64,000 nt of DNA from an uncultured Pseudomonadales bacterium (GCA_964583625.1 CAZOVA010000003.1:5038-69037), one strand, 5' to 3'. Numbered from the stretch's first letter, positions 20,312 through 29,708 are shown. The notes: generated by a model not told the origin, from the sequence alone. Made by a program: numbers and translations.

Positions 20312-20544
20312 TTGACAAATGTCCTATATTATGATATAATAAGATGTCTTTATTTATCTTTTGTTACCAATAGTCTTAAGCGATTATTAGGTGAAGTAAA
20401 GATAAAAAAGGCTCTTTCACAATTCACTCTTTTAAGATCTAAGTTTTCAAGGTCAATAGTTTTCCAGCTTTGTCCACTTTGGACCCGAGCTGTTATAAAT
20501 AAATATTTATTTCAACTTCATAAAAAAAGGGAGGTTCGAGACTA
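20312..20544 (+). promoter_or_regulatory. Promoter and structured leader with boxA-like site and SD (ORFan unit C)
   Basis: TTGACA-17-TATAAT (20312-20340), hairpin 20353-20406, GCTCTTTCACAATT at 20411, GGGAGG at 20529. Confidence 0.75.
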
Positions 20545-21876
20545 ATGACTAGGGAAGAAAGACGGACTGCTCGGCGAGAATGGCTCCAAAAACAGACCCG
20601 AGAGATCGGTGTTTTGGCAGTTATTTTGCCGCTGATAGTTCTGGCGACAGCCGCGATGGGCGGCTCAATGTCGTGGTCACTGTTGGTTTACGGTGTGGCT
20701 CTTTTGGTGAGCCCCGGACTGGGGCGGGTTTACTTTGTCCCATCCATTCTTTTACTGCCTTTGGCAGTGACTCTCCACCCCTCGATGCATTTACTCGGCG
20801 GGCTGATGGTGGCGCTAGTCTATGTTTTAGGTGGATTTTTGCTCACTAAGGGGAAAAAACCACCGGAATGGTTGACGAGCGTGGCAATTTTTTCCTTCCT
20901 AGCATATGCTGCACTTGAGGTCTCTCAAATCATTTCTTGGGAGACGAGCATTTCTAGGCTAGTAATTCTGATCGTCAGTGTTACCTTGGCCATATTCCTT
21001 TACTGGAAAAAGCCCACCTGGGCTTGGCGAAGACGGATTCTTTGGTTATTGGCAACGCTTATTGTGATTACCATGACCAACTGGCGAGCATTCAGCATTC
21101 AGATTGGCCTATCTCTCCCTCAGGGGATTGCACAAGGCGACTGGCTCGACAAAACTCTGACCTGGTTGATTGCTCCTCTTTCGCCAGTGTTTTGGCAAAG
21201 AGTAGCAAAAAGTTTTCACTTTGCCTATGATGGCAGAGTGTGGTTGTACGCTCTGGCAGCCCTTTTGACTTTGTTGGAAAATCAAACAACTTTGTTGGTT
21301 CAGCAAAGGCAGGACGGGCTAGACAATGAGCTTCGCAATCGAACAAGCTTTATGCTTCTAGCTTCAACCTCTTTACTCTGCGGTCTAGTCGGTGCCCCGC
21401 TGCCCGCCTTCTCAATGGGGGCTTTGGGGGCAACAAGAATGCAGTCAGAAGAAATAGAGGAAGAGCAGGAAAAAAGAACTCGAAAAAATCTTGCTCTCAC
21501 TTTGCTTTTGATGGGCTTCTTGCCCATCTTGGCGGCGGCAGGTGTGGCAATAGTTGTCACCCTCCAAACCCTATTTGCTTTATGGCTGATAGCTTGTTAT
21601 CTCAAAATCGCTCAAGGAACCTTATCCGACGTGCATCAACCTTTGATTCAGTCAGGTAAAAAATTGTTTGGGAGAGCAGAATCCTGGCCCGAAAGAAAAA
21701 CTTGGTGGCTTTTCTTAGTAATCACCTTACCGGTGTTAATTGCTTTGAGACTGCCGATATTCTATTTGGGATCAGACTGGTTGATACGCTTTCCTTGGCC
21801 ACTGGCAGCCATTGCCTTAGGTATTTTAGGTATGGCAGCTTATTGGTTATACAAAAAGATAAAAAGGAGTGAGTGA
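20545..21876 (+). CDS. Multi-pass membrane hypothetical protein
   Basis: 443 aa with many hydrophobic helices; DNA visibly more GC-rich than flanks. Confidence 0.8.
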   Translation: MTREERRTARREWLQKQTREIGVLAVILPLIVLATAAMGGSMSWSLLVYGVALLVSPGLGRVYFVPSILLLPLAVTLHPSMHLLGGLMVALVYVLGGFLLTKGKKPPEWLTSVAIFSFLAYAALEVSQIISWETSISRLVILIVSVTLAIFLYWKKPTWAWRRRILWLLATLIVITMTNWRAFSIQIGLSLPQGIAQGDWLDKTLTWLIAPLSPVFWQRVAKSFHFAYDGRVWLYALAALLTLLENQTTLLVQQRQDGLDNELRNRTSFMLLASTSLLCGLVGAPLPAFSMGALGATRMQSEEIEEEQEKRTRKNLALTLLLMGFLPILAAAGVAIVVTLQTLFALWLIACYLKIAQGTLSDVHQPLIQSGKKLFGRAESWPERKTWWLFLVITLPVLIALRLPIFYLGSDWLIRFPWPLAAIALGILGMAAYWLYKKIKRSE

Positions 21877-21887
21877 AAAGACATCAA

Positions 21888-21920
21888 GGGTCCCGCCTGA
21901 CTAACCGTCAGGCGGGCCCC
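21888..21920 (+). terminator. GC-rich hairpin, probable terminator
   Basis: CCCGCCTGAC-taacc-GTCAGGCGGG just after the stop; weak U tract. Confidence 0.65.
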
Positions 21921-21991
21921 AACAATTAGTTTGGAAAAGATTATTTATATATTAGTTATAAGTTATAATATAAAGTCTGATTAAAAATAAA

Positions 21992-22603
21992 ATGAAAAAA
22001 ACAAAAATAGTTAAAATTAGCTTAATTACTTTAATTAGTTGGCTTTTGGCTTGTTTATTTTTGATTAATATTGTGCAAGCCGCCACCGATCCTAAAGAAG
22101 AAGCTTTTACTAAACAATGCCTTCAAGAGCTCAAAGGTGACTATATTGCCAAAGAGAGCGTCCCTTTGGACAGTAATCCTTGCCGGGATGGAGGAGAGAA
22201 ATTAGAGGCAACGGCCTTTGGTTTACAAAACCTATTTTGTTGTCGAAATAAGCCCACCACTGAGATAACACCAGATTTGAGCACGACTGGTATGGTCAAA
22301 GACTTACAAAAAAAAGATTTAGCAGCGATCAATCCTTTGAAAGGTACAGTTTTAGGAAAAGCCACTCCAGCTGATGTTATTAATCGAGCTCTTTTCAAAG
22401 TAGTCTTTCCTTTAGCTGGTAGTTTGCTTTTTATCCTCCTAGTTTTAGGCGGTTTTGAAGTTCTAACCGCTTCTTTGTCAGGTAAACAAAACTATATTGC
22501 TATGGGTAAAGCCAGAGTGACAAACGCCATTATCGGTTTCATCATTCTTTTTTCCACCTATTGGCTTTGGCGAGCCTTAATGATTATTTTCAAAATTCAT
22601 TAA
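21992..22603 (+). CDS. CPR-type pilin-like protein with Cys-containing N-terminal domain
   Basis: Signal peptide; C-terminal TM-GG...GKARVTNAIIG-TM resembles TrbC/VirB2-like CPR pilins. Confidence 0.65.
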   Translation: MKKTKIVKISLITLISWLLACLFLINIVQAATDPKEEAFTKQCLQELKGDYIAKESVPLDSNPCRDGGEKLEATAFGLQNLFCCRNKPTTEITPDLSTTGMVKDLQKKDLAAINPLKGTVLGKATPADVINRALFKVVFPLAGSLLFILLVLGGFEVLTASLSGKQNYIAMGKARVTNAIIGFIILFSTYWLWRALMIIFKIH

Positions 22604-22610
22604 AATTTTA

Positions 22611-23513
22611 TTAAAAAATTTCTTCTCGGGGATATTTCTCTTCTAAAAGACTAAAAAGATAAGAGATAATTATTCCTATTATAAAAAGTAAGAGACAAAA
22701 AATCAGGGCTTGATTGAAGTTCAAGCCGCTTAGCAATAATTGTTCTGCTTGAAAGGCAGGAAAAACCACTGTAGGAAAAATTGCCAAAGATGAACCAATA
22801 ACTAGACCCAAAATAAAGTGATACATTTTAGCATAATATTTTTTGAATAAATGGGCTGCTAATTTGGCAAACAAAAAGATACAGACGATAAAGCCGATCA
22901 TCAGGGGAATAATAATACTCAAATTAAGATTTTTGATGCCAGTTGCCATTTTGTCATACAAGCCAAAATAAATGAGAAAATTGGAGGGACTTAAGCCGGG
23001 AACAATCAAGCCTAGCCCCATTAGTAAGCCAGAGGCCAACCAAGAGAAAAGGTTTGGTTCAACTTGAGTTAATTGTCTACCTCCCACTAACATGAGTAAG
23101 AAAACACCGATAGCTGATAAGGCCAAAATTATTAAGTCTTGAGTCAGACGCCCCTTTTTACCAGCTGTTTTATAAAGAGAGGGTAGAGTGCCAGCAACAA
23201 AGCCAACAAATAAGCAGACAAATTGAGCGGCATAGCGGCCAAAGGCTTGTTCCACTACTACAGAAAAAAGCACTATTCCTCCAGCCGCTCCCAAAGCAAA
23301 AGGTAGGAAAAAGAAGACATTTTGCCAAAATTTTTCTTTGAGATTAGCTAGAAATTTTATTAATGGATCATACATTCCCACAATCACAGCCAAAACTCCA
23401 CCAGATAGACCAGGTAAAATAAAACCAATACCGACAATTACTCCCTTGACCAATCTGATAAACCAGTCAATTAAAGGATTGCGAGAAGTTTTTTGTTTCA
23501 GTTTATTCATCAT
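22611..23513 (-). CDS. DUF368 membrane protein (putative undecaprenyl-phosphate translocase family)
   Basis: Two repeats: ILPGLSGG and IVPGLSPS. Confidence 0.85.
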   Translation of the reverse strand: MMNKLKQKTSRNPLIDWFIRLVKGVIVGIGFILPGLSGGVLAVIVGMYDPLIKFLANLKEKFWQNVFFFLPFALGAAGGIVLFSVVVEQAFGRYAAQFVCLFVGFVAGTLPSLYKTAGKKGRLTQDLIILALSAIGVFLLMLVGGRQLTQVEPNLFSWLASGLLMGLGLIVPGLSPSNFLIYFGLYDKMATGIKNLNLSIIIPLMIGFIVCIFLFAKLAAHLFKKYYAKMYHFILGLVIGSSLAIFPTVVFPAFQAEQLLLSGLNFNQALIFCLLLFIIGIIISYLFSLLEEKYPREEIF

Positions 23514-23545
23514 ATTTAGTCAATACTTCAGTAAATAATTGTGCT

Positions 23546-25243
23546 TTAGATTAAGGCTCTTCCTGTCATACTAATGGGTTTTTCCAAACCCATAATCGAA
23601 AGCATGGTCGGAGCAACATCGGCCAAAACTCCAGTCGGTAAAACACGACTTTGATTGAAATATTGCGGTCCAACAATAATTAATGGCACAGGATAAGTAG
23701 AGTGCTCAGTATCAATCTCTCCTGTCTCCATATTAATCATTTCTTCCACATTTCCATGGTCAGCGGTAATCAAAACAGTTCCTCCTTTTTGGTAAGTAGC
23801 TCTAACAATTTGACCCACTACCTCATCAATAACTTCACAAGCTTTAATCCCAGCTTCTAAATTACCAGTATGTCCGACCATATCTCCATTGGCTAAATTA
23901 ATGACCATGGCGTCATAATCAGCATTTTTGATGCGCGAGACCACTTCAGCGCTAATTTCTCTAGCACTCATTTCTGGGATTTGATCATAGGATTTAGTTT
24001 CTTTTGAGGGCAAGATTACCCGATCTTCTCCAGGGAAAATTAATTCTTTTTGACCATTCATATAATAAGTGACAAATTTCTGTTTTTCTGTTTCTGCCAC
24101 TCGCAACTGCTTAAGTCCGTATTGAGCTAAGACCTTACAAAGCGGCTCTCTCACTGGTTGGGGAGGAAAAGCTTCTGCCACCGGCAAATTATCTTCATAG
24201 CGAGTCATAGTGACAAAAAATAAATTTTTCAAAAACTTTTTTCTTTTGAAAGTTAGACTTTCCTTACCTTGTTCAGCATTAGTTTTCTCATATCTTTCTA
24301 GATAGGGGTCGAAGTCTAATTTTTGAGGAGCATCAAAATCAGTAATAACAAAAGCTCTGGTCAATTCCCGCGGGCGATCAATTCGATAGTTGGTAAAAAT
24401 CACTGCATCATTGTCGCCGATATTAATCACTTGGCCATGCTGATCTAGAACCTTAATTGGTTCGATAAATTCATCAGTATTACCTTTTTGATGTTGATTG
24501 GCGATGGCAGTGAGAGGATCAGTGGTAACCTCTCCTTCACCATTGGTTAAAGCATTGTAGGCTCTCTCCACTCTATCCCAGCGTTGATCTCTATCCATAG
24601 CATAGAAACGACCAACGATGGTAGCAATTTCGCCCACGCCCAAACTATTACATAAATCAGTCACTCTTTGAATGATTTCTGGTGATTGATAAGGAGGGGA
24701 GTCTCTTCCATCAGTAAAAAGATGAAGATAAACTTTTTGCAAACCAGCTTTAGAAGCCATTTCTAATAAAGTTAAAAGATGTTCCAAATTGGCATGAACG
24801 CCACCACTGCCAGCCAAACCCATTAAGTGTAAGGCAGACTGATTAGTTTTAACATGTTCAAAAGCGGCGGTAAAAGTTTGGTTTTTGGCGAAAGTGCCGT
24901 CTGCTACAGACATATTCAATCTAGGTAAATCCTGATAAACAATATTGCCCGCCCCGATATTAACATGACCAGTTTCACTATTGCCGTCTTCTCCTCTCGG
25001 TAAACCAACCGCTTCCCCAGAAGCAGCCAGTTGAGTGTGGGGAAAGGAAAGCCAAAAAAGATCCATATTAGGAGTTTTTGCCAAAGAAATGGCATTGCCA
25101 GCATTATTTGGTCCCAAACCCCAGCCATCAAGGATAAGTAAAACTGTAGGCTTTGGGCCATTATAAGGATGACGCGGATTTTCCAAAGAAAAACCCTTAC
25201 CGGTTAAAACTGGTTGAATAATATGTTTATTTTGCTCGATCAT
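23546..25243 (-). CDS. gpmI: 2,3-BPG-independent phosphoglycerate mutase
   Basis: ILDGWG, GNSETGH, DGRD, GRFYAMDRD, DMVGHTG, TADHGN. Confidence 0.95.
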   Translation of the reverse strand: MIEQNKHIIQPVLTGKGFSLENPRHPYNGPKPTVLLILDGWGLGPNNAGNAISLAKTPNMDLFWLSFPHTQLAASGEAVGLPRGEDGNSETGHVNIGAGNIVYQDLPRLNMSVADGTFAKNQTFTAAFEHVKTNQSALHLMGLAGSGGVHANLEHLLTLLEMASKAGLQKVYLHLFTDGRDSPPYQSPEIIQRVTDLCNSLGVGEIATIVGRFYAMDRDQRWDRVERAYNALTNGEGEVTTDPLTAIANQHQKGNTDEFIEPIKVLDQHGQVINIGDNDAVIFTNYRIDRPRELTRAFVITDFDAPQKLDFDPYLERYEKTNAEQGKESLTFKRKKFLKNLFFVTMTRYEDNLPVAEAFPPQPVREPLCKVLAQYGLKQLRVAETEKQKFVTYYMNGQKELIFPGEDRVILPSKETKSYDQIPEMSAREISAEVVSRIKNADYDAMVINLANGDMVGHTGNLEAGIKACEVIDEVVGQIVRATYQKGGTVLITADHGNVEEMINMETGEIDTEHSTYPVPLIIVGPQYFNQSRVLPTGVLADVAPTMLSIMGLEKPISMTGRALI

Positions 25244-26543
25244 TTCCTTGATTCTGCTGATTAATGCGACGTAATTCGTCACTAATTTGCAATAAACGAT
25301 TGTGTTTCACGATTCTTTCTCCTCTATTTGGCGGTCCAAACTTAGCAAAATTTGCTCCTAAACCGACGGCCAAATCAGCTAGCAGATCATCATTGGTTTC
25401 TCCTTCGCGATTAGAAACGATAATTTGCCAATTATCTGACTTAGCTTTTTTAACAGCATTAATTAAATCAGTGACAGTCGCGGTTTGGCCAGTCTTGACG
25501 ATCAAAGTATTGGCCGCTTTCTCTTTAATAGCGACATCAATTAGATCGGCATTAGTGCGCGTAAGTGAATCACCGATAATTCGGGCATTATTGGAAAATT
25601 CATTGGTAAAAGTTTTCCAGCTAACCAGATCACTTTCAGCAAAAGGATCTTCAAAAGCATAAATTCCGTAAAGGCGATTCAAGTCTTTCAGGTAAGCCAA
25701 CCATTCTTTACTAGAGTAAGCCTCGCCTCTATCTTTAATTTTATATTTACCATTTTGAAAAAAACTATTGGCGTCAAAATCAGCTCCAAAAAAAGCATCA
25801 CGACCAACAACAAGGTTGATACTTCGGGCAGCTTCATTGAGTAAATCAAAAGCATCGGTATTTTTATAAAGATTGGGGGTATAACCACCACTTGGTCCGA
25901 CAGCCCTAATAGCTCCTTTTTCATGCAAAATTTTTCCCAAAGATTTAAATAAAGAAACAGCTAGCTCCAAGGATCGCTCAAAACTTAAACTATTAGCAGG
26001 GATAACTTGGAATTCTTGAAAGTCTAGATTGTCTGTTCCGTGTTTACCCCCATCAATGAGACCGTAAAGCATAGTGGGAACCGCCAAAACATCAGTTAAA
26101 TTATATTTTTTGAAAATATAATAATAAGGAGGCCAGCCATAGGCTAGGGCAGCTGCTTTTAAAATAGCTTGAGAAACGACCATTGTTGTATTAGCCCCCA
26201 AATTACTTAAATTTTTCGTTCCATCCAAAGTCAAAAGAGCTTTGTCCAATTCTTCTTGATCTATCGGGCTTTTTCCAATAAGAGCTTGAGCTACCCTTCC
26301 ATTGATAGCTGCCACCGCCTTGTGAACTCCCAAGCCCAACATTCGGTTTTGATCTTGATCCCGCAATTCGAGTAAGTCAGTTTGTTTACTAGGATTGGCT
26401 GTGGAGATACTAGTCACTACCACCACCCCATTATTGAGGCTGAGACAACATTCAAGGGTAGGAATACCTCTAGAATCAAGTATTTCTCTCGCAGTCAGAG
26501 CAGAAATAGTAATCTGATTAGTCGTCGCAGTAATAATTGTCAT
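25227..26543 (-). CDS. eno: Enolase homolog with degenerate active site
   Basis: REILDSRG, LGAN, GGKH, DFQEF, EDPF are present; several catalytic motifs are altered. Confidence 0.85.
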   Translation of the reverse strand: MTIITATTNQITISALTAREILDSRGIPTLECCLSLNNGVVVVTSISTANPSKQTDLLELRDQDQNRMLGLGVHKAVAAINGRVAQALIGKSPIDQEELDKALLTLDGTKNLSNLGANTTMVVSQAILKAAALAYGWPPYYYIFKKYNLTDVLAVPTMLYGLIDGGKHGTDNLDFQEFQVIPANSLSFERSLELAVSLFKSLGKILHEKGAIRAVGPSGGYTPNLYKNTDAFDLLNEAARSINLVVGRDAFFGADFDANSFFQNGKYKIKDRGEAYSSKEWLAYLKDLNRLYGIYAFEDPFAESDLVSWKTFTNEFSNNARIIGDSLTRTNADLIDVAIKEKAANTLIVKTGQTATVTDLINAVKKAKSDNWQIIVSNREGETNDDLLADLAVGLGANFAKFGPPNRGERIVKHNRLLQISDELRRINQQNQGNDRAK

Positions 26544-26617
26544 GGTCTTATTTTAGCTTAATTGCTTCAAAAAAGCAAAATCAATTCTTCGGTTATTTAG
26601 AATTTTTTAATTAATAA

Positions 26618-27562
26618 TTATTTTTTGGCTGGCAATTTTCTAGCCAAACTTTGCAAAACTTTTTCCTTCAAGCTTGTGGTTGTTAATTGATAGTGAGCGA
26701 AAAGCTCATCGGCTTTACCAGATTGTCCAAACTGATCTTCCACTGCCAAAATTTCTATTGGCACTGGTTGAGTTTGGCTCAAGTAGGTAGTGACTAGGGC
26801 ATCCAAACCGCCACCCAGTAAAGCCTCTTGAGCAATTACTAAAGCTCCAGTCTGGCTAGCCGCTTTAATTAAACTTTCATGATCAAGAGGTTTGAGAGTA
26901 CTGAAATTCAAGACTCCAATCTCAAGTTCAAATTTTTGCAACTCTGAGGCTGCTTGTAAAGCGAGGGGTACCAAAAGACCAGTAGCGATAATAGTAGCAT
27001 CTTTTCCTTTTTTTAGTTCTCTAGCTTTACCTAAAATAAATTTGCCTGGTTGTGCGATGGCTTCACTTGGTTCTCGAGAAAGACGCAAATAAGTAGGCCC
27101 AAAACTTTCTATCATCGCTTCGGTGGCTGCTTGAGCTTCTTGATAGTCAGCTGGTAGGAGCACTTTCATTTGCGGCAAAACGGTTGTCAACGCTAAATCT
27201 TCCAAAGCTTGATGAGTGGCTCCGTCGGCGCCAGTCGCCAGACCAGCATGACTGCCAACTATTTTAACATCGAGATTTTGCCTTACCAAACTAACACGAA
27301 TTTGTTCCCAATTACGCCCTGGATTAAAAGCAGCAAAACTAGTAATGACCACGGTTTTACCCAAAGAAGCTAAACCAGCAGCTACTCCGACCATATTCTG
27401 TTCGCAAATACCTACTTCCAAGTATTGAGCGGGAAATTTTTTTTTGAAGTCGTCTAGACGCAAAGACTCAGACACATCAGCACTCAAAACCATCAAATTT
27501 GGTTTTTTAGCTGCTATTTTTACGATCGCCTCTCCGAATCCATCTCTAGTCGCTTTTAACAT
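26618..27562 (-). CDS. Transketolase, C-terminal subunit
   Basis: VGICEQNMV, GADGATHQALED, YLRLSR. Confidence 0.92.
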   Translation of the reverse strand: MLKATRDGFGEAIVKIAAKKPNLMVLSADVSESLRLDDFKKKFPAQYLEVGICEQNMVGVAAGLASLGKTVVITSFAAFNPGRNWEQIRVSLVRQNLDVKIVGSHAGLATGADGATHQALEDLALTTVLPQMKVLLPADYQEAQAATEAMIESFGPTYLRLSREPSEAIAQPGKFILGKARELKKGKDATIIATGLLVPLALQAASELQKFELEIGVLNFSTLKPLDHESLIKAASQTGALVIAQEALLGGGLDALVTTYLSQTQPVPIEILAVEDQFGQSGKADELFAHYQLTTTSLKEKVLQSLARKLPAKK

Positions 27563-28380
27563 GTCTTTTTAATTTCCTCAATAGCTTGCAAAGCTTCTTT
27601 TTGACTAAGCTTTTTAGCATGATAAAGATAATTGTTTTCCATAAAACTCACCCCTTTACCAGGAGTGGTTTTACAAATAATAGCCTTTGGGCGGGGAGAT
27701 TTTTTTATTTTTTGCCAAGCATTATCTAGGGAAGTAAAACTATGGCCATTGGCTTCTACCGCAGTGAAACCAAAAGCTATCAGTTTGGCTTGCAAATTAC
27801 CCAAGTTGAGAATTTCTTTAGTGAGGCCGCTCTGCTGAATGCCGTTTTGGTCAATCAAAACGGTCAAATTTTTTAACTGATAATGACTAGCAAAAAGATA
27901 GGCCTCCCACACTTGTCCCTCATTTTGTTCACCGTCAGTACTTAAGACAAATACTTTTTGAGAACTTTTTTCCTGAAGAAGACCATAGGCAAGACCAGTC
28001 GCCATGGATATGCCCTGACCCAAAGGTCCGCCAGTATTTTCTATACCCAAATCTAGATTTCTTTCTGGATGTCCTTGGAGAGGAGAGCCAAACTTTCTTA
28101 AAGTCGGTAGTAAATCAGCTTTGAAGTAGCCAGCTTGAACCAAAGCAGCATACCAGGCAGGAGCTAAATGTCCCGCACTCAAAAGAAAATAATCTCTCTC
28201 CTGCCAGCGCGGATTTTGTGGCTTCTTTTTTAGTTTTTCCTGATAAAGCCAAGTAAAAATTTCCGCACTACCAAGAGAACTAGCGGGGTGGCCACTGCCA
28301 GCCGTTGCCAGCATAGCAATGACTGCCTGCCTCAATAAACAAGCTTGTTTTTTTAGTTTTTCCACTTGCACTTTTTCCAC
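27556..28380 (-). CDS. Transketolase, N-terminal subunit
   Basis: GSGHP, LSAGH, LQGHP, GPLGQG, DGEQNEGQVWE. Confidence 0.92.
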   Translation of the reverse strand: MEKVQVEKLKKQACLLRQAVIAMLATAGSGHPASSLGSAEIFTWLYQEKLKKKPQNPRWQERDYFLLSAGHLAPAWYAALVQAGYFKADLLPTLRKFGSPLQGHPERNLDLGIENTGGPLGQGISMATGLAYGLLQEKSSQKVFVLSTDGEQNEGQVWEAYLFASHYQLKNLTVLIDQNGIQQSGLTKEILNLGNLQAKLIAFGFTAVEANGHSFTSLDNAWQKIKKSPRPKAIICKTTPGKGVSFMENNYLYHAKKLSQKEALQAIEEIKKTC

Positions 28381-28456
28381 TTTCCCATTATAGCAAGTTT
28401 TCCCTGTTCATGCTAGAAGAAAGAAAAACCCACTAAATAATGGGCTGCTTTTTTAC

Positions 28457-28485
28457 TTGACAGAAGATATCCTATATGTTATAAT
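28457..28485 (+). promoter_or_regulatory. Consensus sigma70 promoter
   Basis: TTGACA-GAAGATATCCTATATGT-TATAAT; spacer loosely resembles units A-C. Confidence 0.7.
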
Positions 28486-28523
28486 AATCTGTACTTTGAT
28501 ATAGTTATCAAGAAAGCAATTTT

Positions 28524-29672
28524 ATGGTAGAAATTCAATTTGAAAATCAAGGTAGCCCAGATTCTTTCAAATCTGAGCCAAGAGGACCAGTGGTCAGTGA
28601 GATCAATCCTCCCGAAAAATCTAGAAAAATTACCCCTTTAATTTTGGGTATTTTATTAGCTTTGATTAGTGGCAGTATTTTGTTTGCTCAAGTTTATTTA
28701 AAAAAACCCAAACAAGAAGCCGACGAAACGATGATTGCTAGTCGAGAACCAAAAGTTCAAGAGCAAGATTTATTAATTGAAGAATCAGAGCCGCAAAATA
28801 GTCGCCTGACGGCTAGTGTCCGGCCAGCAATTGAGGGCACAGAAAAACCAGTCACTCCTACCAAAGAAGTAAAAAAACCCTCAACCGAAGAAAAAACCGC
28901 TGCGATAGTGACTAAGGGAGGAGAAGTAGTTTTAACACCTCAGACTCCAGTGATCGTTACCCCTAAACCAGTTAGTCCTAAGCCAGTCGTGATTGCGCCT
29001 GCTGTTAAAGTGGTCAACTATGGGCAATTGCGTGGTGAAGTAATTGTCAATGGCAGTGTGCCAGATAAGAGTTCTATCTTGGTATTATATCGCACCTCAG
29101 GTCAGCAAAATTTTACCGCTGGTCCCCGTTTGAAAGCAGAAAATGGTGTTTCTTGGTCTTTCAATTTACCAACAGACAAAAACTATGAAATAGTTCTCGC
29201 TTGGCAAATAAATGAAAATAATTATATTACTAGTCAAGCAGTGAGTGTAAGAGCTCCAAGTAATTTACGCACCACTTTCAATTTTGGCTCTCAGGCAAGC
29301 AATGATTGTCAAACTTGTTGCCAAAACTGTTGCCAAAATTGTCAGTCTTCTCAAAAGACCAGTTATATTAATAAACCAGATCGCCCCATTTTAGATACTT
29401 GTGGCAGCTGGAGCAATGATCGTCATCAAGCTAAATTGGTTTTGCCAAAATTTGTCCACGGCGAACCAATTAGCTATCAGGTGCAGATTGGTAGCGATCA
29501 GGGACGGAATGATTTTTATGATCACATTTTTGATCAAGATCAGAGAGTAGTTTTTGATTATGCTTTGGAAAATAACAAAGATTATTATATCCGTTTCCGA
29601 GTTAAAACTAAAAATAGCGGTGATAGTTATGGAGATTGGTCTGATACTTTGAAGTTTAAGTGTCAAAGATAA
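28524..29672 (+). CDS. Membrane-anchored surface protein with Pro-rich linker, Cys repeat and Fn3-like C-terminus
   Basis: TM near N-terminus, P/T/V-rich linker, CQTCCQNCCQNCQ, YYIRFRV...GDWS. Confidence 0.75.
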   Translation: MVEIQFENQGSPDSFKSEPRGPVVSEINPPEKSRKITPLILGILLALISGSILFAQVYLKKPKQEADETMIASREPKVQEQDLLIEESEPQNSRLTASVRPAIEGTEKPVTPTKEVKKPSTEEKTAAIVTKGGEVVLTPQTPVIVTPKPVSPKPVVIAPAVKVVNYGQLRGEVIVNGSVPDKSSILVLYRTSGQQNFTAGPRLKAENGVSWSFNLPTDKNYEIVLAWQINENNYITSQAVSVRAPSNLRTTFNFGSQASNDCQTCCQNCCQNCQSSQKTSYINKPDRPILDTCGSWSNDRHQAKLVLPKFVHGEPISYQVQIGSDQGRNDFYDHIFDQDQRVVFDYALENNKDYYIRFRVKTKNSGDSYGDWSDTLKFKCQR

Positions 29673-29708
29673 ATTGTTTATTTAAAAAATTTAATTTTAA
29701 AAAGATTG

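Noticed and set aside
20312-20545. 77-aa ORF upstream of the membrane ORFan
   Set aside because: Its TTG start is the -35 box itself; the region is better explained as promoter plus leader.
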